64,000 nucleotides of DNA from Trichoplax sp. H2 (Eukaryota), in NCBI GenBank assembly GCA_003344405.1, contig NOWV01000239.1, positions 1 through 64,000 of the forward strand, in the 5' to 3' direction. The position numbers and the translations under genes were made by a program. Positions 14,039 to 26,800 of the stretch are shown here, in pieces. The notes below the pieces were generated by a model, which did not search any database, had not been told where the DNA came from, and saw nothing but the letters and a program-made list of their open reading frames with translations. Every line of letters starts with the position of its first letter. Positions within the stretch are counted from its first letter, which is position 1.

Positions 14039-15029
14039 TGTTACGGTGTTATCTCAACATTTGAATAGATTTACGTAATCTTAGCTAATATGGTAGAACT
14101 GATGATAACTTGATGTTGTTGTTTACTAATTATTGTCGATATATGACCATGTTATGTTAGATGGATTGTTTGACGGTATCGGTAATATGTAATAATGATT
14201 ACTATGACTTAATAGAATAATCTGATACTATCTCTTAGTTGTAATCATGTGTAATGAGGTATCGAAGTTGTTTTTGTTATAGTTATGTTCGATTATCATC
14301 GAACCTTATAAAAGCGAGTGCGCTGCGCAAAAGGCTCTAGTTGTTGCAGTTCTCCAGTTCGTAAGTCGTTGTGACGGAGCTCGCTCCGAAATGAATAATA
14401 TTTTGATCTAAAATGTGTAACAATATTATTATGGAGGTTGCCGATCTCGGCAACAACCTAGTTGTTAATTGAGTTTTGTTATTAATTATCCTAGTAATAT
14501 ACAGCGTGGATATGGTGTTAGCAATTAAAATGTCAAGCTGTAAAGATTATTATGTTAGTTAATAAGATGCTAATTAATAATATTAATTTGTGACAAGTGA
14601 TAAGTAACACTCGAGCTAGTTGAATCTATAGTAAGCCTGTATGGATCTGTATTGCACATTCTATAATTTAATGTGAAAGATTAGTATCGATCTTATTTGT
14701 GTGATATATGAAACTGTATACAAGCTTGATCATTACTTTTTAATCTCAGTTCCACGTGCGTAAGCAAGCTAGCAATAAAGATCTTTATTAACCTAAACCT
14801 ATCGTTTGACTTGATTACTATAGTATAGGAATAAGTTAGTTTTCCCTTACTGAGGATCTCCGGAGTTTGTCGGAGAACCATAAGAGTAGATAGACTAGTT
14901 TAGGTACGTTCACGAAAGCTGTTTTGTGACAGTCGTCATTACGTAAAGTAAAAGGGCGTTTAAGTCATAAGTTTGCTTAAAGACTTTTATCTTGCGTTTC
15001 CTTGCCACAAACAATTCCAGTTTGTGACA
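14039..15029 (+). mobile_element. Solo-LTR-like element interrupted by a nested family B element
   Basis: TGTTAC...GTGACA, TSD AGGTG, TATAAAA at ~14307. Confidence 0.8.
14370..14931 (+). mobile_element. Solo-LTR-like element, family B (nested)
   Basis: TGTGAC...GTGACA, TSD GTCGT; homologous to 21825-22440. Confidence 0.85.
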
Positions 15030-16704
15030 AGGTGTTAAAAATAATAAAAACGCTAGCAAGATGTTACAATTTTATCTAAACCTTGACAGATAGCAGCTCA
15101 GCTAGATGTTCTCCCGGGACTTGCTCGCCGGTTTTGCGTAAACCTTCGATACTTTATGTTTCAATGTATGTTTCGTATTTTACTTACTGGAGAATTAGCG
15201 TAGGTAATCCGATTATTCTCCACATAAATGAAACAATTATCAATTATTTATTTTTTTGTTGTTTCCTCTATTTATCGTTTCCCTTTTTATTAGATCTAAT
15301 AATGTTATACTCTCAAAATTTCGTGAGTCTTGCTAGGCTTAGGAAAGATAGCTCTCTCTTTAATATTTCCTTCCTTAATATGAGTTTGTAGCGTCATGTT
15401 ACGTCGTACTACGCTGTACGGTATGTGCATGAAACTATTGAACTCTGATATCATGCTTACCTGATTAATAAGTGTAACTACCGACGACGATGATACAAAG
15501 CCTTATTAAATATTACTTAGTTGCAGTTACAACTGCAGAACAAATCGCTAGGTATGCTACAGCATTGCGCTCTAATACTACAGGCTACTACGTAATACTA
15601 TTAAGGTTTCGTTAGTTTAAAAAAATCATTTTGATAGTCAGCAGAGAAATAGAATTTTAACTAAGGAATAGAGTATCCTAGAGTAAGGTAAGATTCTCAA
15701 TCACAGATTTCAGTAATTTAATACTACTCTACTTTTTTATTCCGGCTTTTGCTCTATGCAGTCTACCGTATGAGGAAAGTGGGGCAATAACACCAGCCTA
15801 CTCAAGCAAATTCGGTATTCTGCGTTTCGTAATTCTTTATTGGATGTATTACTGACACAATCAGCTTGCAACAGGAAAATACGCCTACGAGTTTAGATTA
15901 AATGTGCAATAACGCGCTATTAAAGAGTCTATAAAATATTAATGCCTCCTCCAACAAGCGTAATTTTTATTTACTTTATTTTAAAGTTTAGTCTTGACGT
16001 CTAAAACCAGCACAGTTCCAAGTACAGTATTCCTGTCTTTTATTTCTTATGACAACATCAGTCCAAAAATTATGTTTTACAATAAATGCTATACATAAAT
16101 ATTCTCTCAGAAACCATAGTGACACATTACTTCAAGCTGCTTTACTTAAGTAATTGAGGATGTCGCTCTAAATCTAAATCCAAACAATAAGCAAGTTGGT
16201 GCAACAGGCACTCTTTATATTGCTAATGGCCAATATCATAGAATGCTTACTAGAAATTATACTAGATACTACATAAACCATCGAATGAACCCCTATATAC
16301 TTTCGCATTTTGCATTTTCGAGTTATAATTGCACATTAGAATTCCAAAATTTTAGAGGCATTCTCATACAAAAGGAATATGCATACAAGTTGTAATAGAA
16401 CACAAATGCTAAACGCTTGATAAAACCATCGAATTATTAATAAATTAAAATTTTCTGCAAACAAAAGGAAATTTAGGAGTAATGAAGCTCTACTTGTACA
16501 CAAAACTGTAATGAAATACAAATGTCAAATCCTTATTATATAACGTCAATAAACGTCGGTGTAAGCTTTCTGAAAATTTAGGTACATTTATAGTGACATT
16601 TAGCATTAATGAAACTCTACCTACAAAAATACTACTAAATAATTTATCTTTCAATCACACGAGTAGATGGTTCCGTGCTGAGATAGTCATTGGTACAACC
16701 AGTA

Positions 16705-17806
16705 TTAATCGTCAGAGATTTCATTTACGAACGTTTCCATTTGAACCACCTTCTTTTCGTAGATACTATTAATGTCGACTTTTTGAGTACGAGTGAATGT
16801 AGAAGTTACACCAGTTTCTGGTCGGCGCTTAAATATTAATCGAATAACTTCTACACTGGTCAAAGTGTATAAATAAGGATTAATTGCTGAATTTAAAGGC
16901 AAAACAAACGTTGCAATAAATTGTAGTGCGACAGTATCTACTTGTCCATCTTTTAATAGCCCTGCTACGCTTATATAGTAATATGGTACCCATGTCACTA
17001 AATCAGACACCAAAATTAGAGCCAATCTTACGGCTAAAGCCTTATTATCAGTTGTTGATGATTTTCGAATGTTTTTACTGCTTTCTTTGACAGCGAAAAA
17101 TATACGAACATACAGTATAATCATAATGATCCACGCCATAAATGTCATTGCTAAATAGGAGATCATCCAAATTTTAAAGTAAAAATTTTGGTAATTATTA
17201 GGCATGCACATACTACTGTACTTATAAATTCTTAAATAGCCTGGTTGCTGTATACTAAATAGCACTGGCACAGCTGAGAAAATGATACTAAATGACCATA
17301 ATACTCCTAATGCAATCTTGGCCCGTCCAACCGTCATTCTTTTAGTCGAGAAAGGATATACGATACAAATGTATCTATCAGTGCTGATAATAATCATTAT
17401 AAAAACCGATGTTAAACTTGATAATGTTACAAAAAAGCAAGCAATAAGACAAGCTGGATGCGATAGCCATGTTTCCGATTTGATTCCATAATCACCACGA
17501 GTAAACATTAAATCAGCAATGGCAATGATCATTAAATAGAGACTCATAATTAAATCGGATACCGCTAGATTGCTAACCAAAAAAGTAGGAACACTTTTTC
17601 TTTTTCTCTTGCTTAGGTGGTAGTTCTGAATCAGAACTAAAACATTACCAAGAAGAGCTAGACCACCAACAATCCAAATAAATGTTTGTAAAGTGATGTG
17701 TGCCAGTAATCGATAGCATGAGGACAGAGTATCAGAATACATGCTTGGTTGACAAATTCTCACTTTTGCAGGAACCATGCAGCAGAGATATTCTCGCTCT
17801 GTTATA
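16705..17806 (-). CDS. Terminal exon: short hinge plus rhodopsin-class 7TM domain of the LGR
   Basis: ITEREYLCC..CQP..SDTLSSCYRLL hinge; GNVLV, SNLAVSDLIM, TDRYICIVYPF, DLVTWVP, PLNSAINPYLY motifs. Confidence 0.95.
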
Positions 17807-20800
17807 CTTAAATAATATTAAATTAACTGCAATTAAAATACCACTACCTAGTAACTATAGCAAATAAGTATTTGGAAATATATGTTCCTGATAATAATTC
17901 GAAATATAAAGCTAAGGGTGTTCCTTAAGCTTTTTAATTCTGAATCATTATCAGTTTTGCACAATAAGTGCCCATAAAAGGATATACATGTTATCGGATA
18001 CATTTAAGTATTTACCGTGTCTGAACTACGGATAGCAATTTTTATAAGTTTACTTACACTGTCAAAAGCAAGGGTGGTCCATAAAATGATACAGGAGTAA
18101 GGTAGGCAAGATGATTACCTAATGCATTTCTAATATCATACGTAATAGCAACAAGTCGTAAGACAAGCTGACTATTAGATTTTATCTGATATAAATTATA
18201 GGCTTACTAAAACAGTACAATCTATAAGGTGAAAATAGATAAAGCAGATTCAATAACGGACAGTTTATGAATCATTGCTGCCTTAACTCACATTATCTTC
18301 AATTCAATAAGCCCTTTAAAACACCTGCTTGTGAGTTTATCAATCTGATTATTTCTAATATCCCTTTACGAAAGAGCATCCGTTAATACGATGTGTTAAA
18401 GAATAGATAAATAAATGCACATTGACACTGTATCGACGTTACAGTCTAGCATAAGTGCAGTTTCTTATTTCTTAATTTTTGGCTATGTACTTACAAGATC
18501 TGAAGAGATGGAAAATAATTTCCCAAACGCTGTTCACAGATATTTGAAATGTTATTATGAGATATATTCCTAAAATTATTTGTAGGCTAGCGTAAGTTTA
18601 TGATACATCTTATAGGAGTCCTTATTCTAGAGTCTTAACCTTTTTCTAAGTAATCTTTTATTTAGCATTTGACATTATAAACTTGCTAAGCAGGCTTTAT
18701 ATTATTTATTTTCAAAATTACAACATCTTGTTTCTATAATCTAGCCAATACTCGATATAGTACATTTCAGTCTTTACTTACAGAGTAGTAATTACTTGAT
18801 ATTGCACAGCTTTTGAAAACGTCAAATTTTGTAATGCATTTCCAGATAATTGTCTGATGTATACCAGAGTGATATAAACAGAATAATGCTTAAAGATTAA
18901 TAAAATTTATCGAGTAAGCTCTCTGCAATTTAATAATTGAAAGATCATAAGATTGGAATAAGACTTAAAACCTTCAGTCGGTAACGCAAATTCACACATA
19001 CTATTAAAATACGAGTATATCTTACAGATTTTCAAGACTATCCCGATAAGTCTCTGCTAGATCAGTGATATCAATGGTTTCCAGTTGATTATAACTAATA
19101 TCTCTGAAAATTAATAACGATTATTAGACGTTAAAATAGCTATCATTAATTTAAACTTATAATCTAGCCCAAAATAGATACGACGATAGCATATACTGTA
19201 CGTATTTCAACAGCGTACATTTCTAAAATGCACTAGATAAGGCTTACTATACTTACATAACTTTTACCATTCTAAAAAGGCGAAATATCTTTTCCGGAAT
19301 ACGAGAAATATTACAGCTGCTTATTTTTCTAAAGTATTTATCAATTTCAACAATATAATTGCTAATCTGATACATTTTAAATGGTAGTTTATTCAATTAA
19401 AATTAAATATAAGCAATTTACAATGAAACTGAAACTTATTTCACTTTTGTAAAGTTTTCTGATAGTACAAGATGTAAGCGTTTATTTCAGGAAATTGATA
19501 AACATTTAGATTAGCTAATTTCTTTTTGTTTTAGAATAATCAATCTGAAAAAATTGTCAGCTACGCTAGTTGTTATTATAAACAAAAAACATGATAATTC
19601 TGGCTATTTTGTGTAATTGCGCTTTCATTATTTATTATAAGTTAACAATCTACTAGGCCGTAAGAAATAAGTTTAGATAGGATAATTGTATGATTTGTAG
19701 AAGCTAAAATTCTTCGGTATTACTATATGTCGTTAAAATTCACGTAGAGCATAATTATTAAAGAATGTTTGAGGGTATTCGCTAGATTCTACTGTATAAA
19801 TGCTAATATTCACGCTTCATAATATCAAGGTAAATAAAGTATTTAAATGTAATCACTTATTTGCAGGTTTATGATTAAGTACGAGATAAGCTAAGATGAG
19901 TAGCAATTCTCTATATTAACAAGTACTTGGAAATCTGATTGTAGAATAAACATTTAAAGACTTATTTTCTTATTGCATGAAGGCACTGAAGTAGATAAGA
20001 TTATAAATTAAATAAAAGCAATTTTAGTGGTAACAATTATAGTAATATCGAGATTCTGTGGATACCTGATTGTGTTAAAATAAATTCGCTAAGTTTCCAT
20101 AATACTGCTAAGCTACTTCTGTACTTATAACGACTGTTCATAATAAATAACATTTTCATTTTGAACGATCATAAATTCTTAGTTTAAGTACCAGAATTTC
20201 TTATCGTTGTATCAGTTGCGCATATTTGATAAGATATTAGATCAAAAACTTACACTGATAGTAAGAATGGGGCAATACCTTTCCAAAGTACTGCCATAAT
20301 TCGTGACAAACTTATTGGATTATAGCTTAAATCTCTAGACAAAAATTGATAAATTTGTAACAATTAGCGCAAATCTACGATTTAGGATTACCATAGATGA
20401 TATAATTAATCCTTGATTGACAAGTAGCTGTGCTGTTGTAGCGAAAGTATCTCGCAATTATTCTATCTAATCTCAGGCAGAAATATAATTTAATGAATGC
20501 TTTATTACAAAGTTTAAGACTAGCTCATCTCGACGGTTCTTAAATAAATTTCGTTTAACTTTTTTGCGACAACAAAGTTATCTACAATCAAATCCGTATC
20601 ATCAACAAAAGACTTATCCTCCATTAGATTACCGATATATTTTACACTACCAATCGATCTGGTTAAAATATCAATATTCTTCTATAAATATTTAATAGCG
20701 CATGCTGAGTACCATCATAATTACAGTACACGGAGCCACCTAGATCTGGCTACCATACTTGACTTAGTGGCTAATATATGTTAGTAATCAGCAATTTTTA

Positions 20801-23800
20801 ATATATTAATTAACAACATCTATTATTAGCATCACGATAATGTGCATTCATGGAAATTTAACTACAATAAATATTGCTATCAAAATAATTTAGTATGTAT
20901 AGTTGCAGTAAAATAATATCTTATGTTACTTATGCGATGTTTTTGGTAAAAGATTCTTCATATGCACGCGTAAGGTATATTATAAAGACTACATCAAAAA
21001 ATTCTCTTACTTACATGCTCACGATGTTATTATTCCTCCTGATCAAGCTTGTAATGTTATTTCCTGCCAAAGATCTAACTCATATTGAAAAAGAATGTAT
21101 ATTAACTAAGTCTATAGTTATTACTAATAATTTTCTTTAGACAATGAACATATTGTAACATTTATATAATCGACCAATAATCTTCATACATTCTCTGGAT
21201 GCTGTTTAATTTATTCAGGACTTGATTGTTCAGGTCAATTCCATTACTTATCAGATTGTTATAACTCAAATCGCTAATATTTTTCAGTTGACAAGTAATA
21301 TCATCACGTCGTTAGTGTTTAAAATCTTAGACCATTTTATGGCTAGAATTTATATGAAATTAGACTTACATAGAGTTTAAATTGAAAAATAAATCATTAC
21401 AGTTATCATTAATCGCGGTAATGTTATTTTTGGCAATGGATCTATAACAAAATTTTAAAAATTCTATTATCAGGAAAGTTACATTTTAAGAAAGGCAATC
21501 ATTTTTCAATAAATAAATACATCCAGATTCCCCTATAATACCACTATCAATATTTATCATACTCTTATAGCTAAGTAAAGAATTCTAAACCATTATTTCT
21601 CTTATAATGCTTAATATATACGTTGATTCATTATACAATAGGTAATTTCAATATAATTTGGGTATGACTTTATCTAAAGAGATGTATATTATACTGTAAG
21701 TGACTGACGACAAGAGGACCGCCAGTATTTTAAGTCTTAATATACTAGACATAGTATTTCAAGACTGTAAAAGCTCAATTTAACATCTTATTAAGATAAA
21801 CCGGATAATTATACTTTAACTCTTTGTTACGGAGCTTGATGCTCCTCCGTATAATTAATAGTCAATTTACGATAGTAGAATAACTGTAATGATATACTGT
21901 CGTGTGATTAAAAGTATTATTAGGGATAGTCGTGTTGTAGGCTACAATCCTCAATTGTTGATTGATTATTATTATTGTTATATAATTAATCATTATTTAT
22001 TTATGTCGAAGTAGGCAATAGAACTAATGGTGAGATTTTACCATAAATTTGTGATAAATAATTGAACTTGCTAATTAATATTAATTAGTAACAAGTATTA
22101 ATTAGCATTCGGTTTAGTCTATAGTAAGCCTGTATTGCACATTACATAATTTAATGTGAAAGATTAGCATCGGGTTATTTGCGTGACATATAAAATTGTA
22201 TGTAAGCTTGATTATTAATTTTTAATCTTAGTTCCACTGAGGCTAAGGTATAGTACACTAGCACTAACGTAAATGGGCTAGTAATAAATATATTTATTAA
22301 CCTAAACCTATCGTTTGACTCGATTATTATAGTATAGGAATGAGTTTGTTTTCTGTTACTGAAGATCTCCAGAGTTAGTCAGAGAACCATATGAATAGAT
22401 AGACTAGTTTAGGTACGACTACGAAAGTTGTTTTGTGACACTCTTATAAGAAAGACATTCAGTATAATCCTATATTTGGCTGTTAGATACGTTCTTGGCT
22501 GGAGAATTACAGTCTTACAATAAAAATAATATAAGTTTGTTGTCTCATCCTAATAGCCACCCTACTGTACTAATACAATTAGCTGAAATCATCCCACATA
22601 ATAATAACCAAGTATAAATTAGAAATATTTGAAAATCCTCAAGTTTAATAGTATTTCTGTTATATTTTGATAATTTTATTTGAAGTAAATGTGCATGAAT
22701 AAGTGCTATAATGGATAGATACAACTTGATTACTAGAGTTAACCAAAACATAGATAATTACAATACTTACAAACTCTGAACAAATGGCAATCCGTCACAC
22801 GATAGATTTTTTATGCTGTTTTGACTGAGATCACTAGCGACATAAATTAAAGAAATCAAATAAATGGCGTTATCAACACCTTTCAAGTTGTTAATAGTAT
22901 TACAGGAAGCTAGCAAGGGCAAACATATAAAAAGTAATTAAGTCTTTACATCACTGATATTTTTGAATCTTTCAAGTAGCCGATGGAAGTAAATTGATTT
23001 TCGCTTAGTAGTCTATATAAAATAACTTGGACTTAGGAAGTACACTTTCTATTCGTATCACTGTAATTAGGATATAAAATGCCTATAATGACGTCTAAAT
23101 ATACAAATATAGCAGAATAAATGAGAAATTATAGATCACGCTGTTGAGGTTACTTACAAATTCGTTACCGATGATGAAGCGAATTTTAAACCTTCCCACG
23201 ATTTTAGTTTATTTCCTCTTAGAAATCTATATTGATGAAAAGGTATAATTTGTACAATTATTAGAGCGAGCAATAATAAATGTTATAAAGATTACGTAGC
23301 TGACTATAGTCTGAAGATAGTCATAGAAATTTTGATTGCTTATTACAGTGGAGCCTCAGACTAGTTTAAGATTGCAATTGTAGGATTGTAAAAAAACAGA
23401 TAAATGGAACGTTGATTGCATGATTGCGTAAGTGTCTAGAGTAGACGATAATTACAGGTACATATGCAGCAATTCTATTGATATGTTATTTCAGTAGTTC
23501 AAGATAAAAATAGATTGCGCTAAATATGTGATTACTGTGAGATTTGTTTTGTATCTTCTAATTAGAAGCTCACATTAGAAATAAATCGGACGATACTGAA
23601 TTTAGAACTGATCTACCGACTTAACTGGCAAGATACGATAATGCTACTAAAACATTGCTTTGTAAATAAATGCGCGTAAACGATGAGTTTAAATGTGAAA
23701 ATTTAGATTATTTGATTGAAGCTTCACAGTTCTTGGTAGTTGTTGAATAAATTTAATTTATATAATATAAATAAGTTTACATAAAAACACATTTTCTTAT

Positions 23801-26800
23801 TTTGAGAAGACGCCTTTACAAAGCAAAAATTAATAGAAGCATCTTATTGCTACGATAAAAATAGTTTTAATTACGAATTTTCTGAGACATACGCTAGAAT
23901 AGCAGTTTAACAAAAAGGATATTATCAAGACTAGAGGATTGCTGTATTAAAAGAAGAATGGATAAAATGGATGTTATACTTACTAAAGTATTTGTACGAA
24001 AGTAATTAAGGAATTATTGAATATGTTATAAAGATAAATGAAACTAAGTGGCTAATATTTTTTAACAGCCCGAAAGATGATTTAGGTATCATGTTACACA
24101 AAGCTACTTTCAAGCAGATTCATTTCTTCTTAATATTATCTAGTGGGCTTCTTTGTTATAGGATATTTAACAAATTGTATGCCTTTAGATAATAATTGCA
24201 ATAGTGTTGGTTTAAGATATGTCGGATTAATGGTAGTAATCAAATTAAATCTGTATTATTTTGTCAAAATAATATCTTACTGTGACAAAGTGTAGCTCCA
24301 TAAATTATAAATTAGGCAATAATAATTAATTAACCCGGTTGTCTACCATTTTGGTAGACAACCATGGAGCACTAGTACTGGTTGTTTACAATTATTATAA
24401 ATGGAGCAATCAACAAAGATTTAATTATATGTAGCTAGATATAATATCGTTTAATATAGGATTAGCTTATGGGAGCGCACTGCTCCAATAATTAATTACT
24501 CATATTGGTGCTGAGGTCAGACTCGCTGATTGGCACCATAATTGGTTGTTTTTCATTAGTGTTTTTTACTATACAAGCTCATACTAAGTCATGTTAATTG
24601 TCTGGGAGTAACTCCCTATAGTAACGTATACAATTTGTAGAAGGAGCAATTTACTAGTATGCCCCACAAATGAGTGAGGATGGTATAAAAGACCGAGCGA
24701 ATTGCCATTCGCCGGCAGTAGTCGCTCCGGGCTAGGATAAACTAGTAGAGACTAGAAATCAGATGACTGGTGAATAAAAAGTGCTAGTGGTTTGAAAGAA
24801 ACCTGAGTAGTTGTGTGACTGTGAGGAAAGAGTTAGTTTTCCCTTAGAAGAAGACTTCCAAGTTAGTGGAAGACATACATAATTACTATAGCACCTGACA
24901 TAACCAAATCACAAGTGGGATTTGTGACACTTACTAAAAGATCAGGCGACAATAATATGAACTATATTTATCATATCATAAGATTAAATGCTAATAATGA
25001 TTTCCACTTACAAAGTTTTTAATTCATTCAATTTTTGAAATACAGTTTCATTTATTGAAGTTATCTTGTTGTACGATAGACTTCTAAAAAGTAAATAGAA
25101 CATTTTATGACGCAGAAATTTTATCAGATCTTAAATATGAATTTTTAAGATTAGCTAGTGCAGGTATAATGTTTTATTCATGTTATAATGACTTACAGAA
25201 CTGACAAAGTCGTACGAGCATTCATGAAATACGGCTCAGAAAGTAATTCAATATTGTTGTTGGGTAAGTACCTTTAAATTTAAGAAAATACATATTCATA
25301 TCTCTAGACCAAGATAATACATTTTGCCATTTTGAATTAGTGTTATATTATAAAATTTAGCCAATTACAACATCTACATTGAAAGATAAAGTATTGATTT
25401 GTAGTTTGATTATAAGCCAAGATCTGATTATAATGAATGAAGTCTTTCGTCGATATGGTAAATGCAAAGTAAGTGTAGCATAGTATCCTACGGCTGAATC
25501 ACATCACTTAAATCTAGAATAACGCCGTTAAAATAGAATTTGTTGTTATTTTAAGTAATTTGATGGTATTAACTTCAGAACCATAAATTATAAAGAATAT
25601 TTGTGTCCAGCAATTGCAATTTCTATTAGAGCAAAAACGAAATAATTCCGACAAACATCATTCGTACGAACAATTACTAGCTTTTTAGCGTAATTGCTAG
25701 CAGATATAGACTCTTATTACTAAAACCTAACCGAAATATTATTCAGAGAAACACTTGGTTATGTATGCATAGAATAATCAGTTTAAACAGAGAATGATGT
25801 TGAATATGTAGATATCAACTTAGATATTTTTCAGCACTACAATGCCGTACTATCCATATTACCACTCCGGTAAAATACGAGTTTTAATATTTATCTTCCT
25901 AGATTCACTAATTAAAGCAAAGCCTTTAAGTGCATTATCAATTTTATCAATGTTGCAAGAGCAAATAATCGCTTATTCTAATAAGTTTTAGGTTATATTA
26001 ATATAACCCATAAGATCTCTAATTACGGGAAGCAACATCATCCTGGCTTAACAGTTCTAAATTTAAAGTAATATTTTAATAATTGGTTTGTAATCTTTTC
26101 TACATTAAGTGTTTGTAATAGAGTGATTAAAAATCAATGATTACGATGCCTGTCGTTATAAGATAAGTTTTAAGGTATATCAGACACTGTCTGTTAGGTT
26201 TAGAAGATTAAACGCCAGAAAATAAGTAAACATACAAATGCTGCAAGTGAGTCAGATTGGCAAAATCTTCTGATTGTAAAAATTTGATATTATTTATTCC
26301 AAGGTACCTGTATGCAAAAGGAAACAAAATATTATCTATTATCCACCTTTTAGATAAAATACAATATTGAGTATTTATTCTGGGATACGTTATTTCAGCT
26401 CAGTTATTAATGATTTATTGTGATCGAAATATTTCATAATTTCACTAAGTAAAATCTTGGAAAGCGCTTTCAAAATCTTCTTTATAACTATAACATGGAA
26501 ATTATGGTACTTTGTTGATAGATACGTAAGTGACAGAGGTACAAGCTTAAAGCCCTAAAACATAGTAAGGGCAGATCTTTCCTCTGACTTGGGGGAAAAA
26601 GGGAAAATACAATAATTAATAATTGATTATGGCATAATAATATATGATGTGCTGCTATCGAAAGATTTTTCGTCAAACGCTATAATTTTTTCGTAAAATG
26701 GAAGTAGAAATATAAAATATTCTCTGTTACATCTAAAGGATATGGTTCTATAATCAATTAGCGACTAATAATTAAGGAGGAATAAACTAACTACGCTAGA

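Noticed and set aside
23984..24043. CTTAC...CT-bounded 60-nt candidate LRR exon
   Set aside because: Translation lacks the LRR consensus
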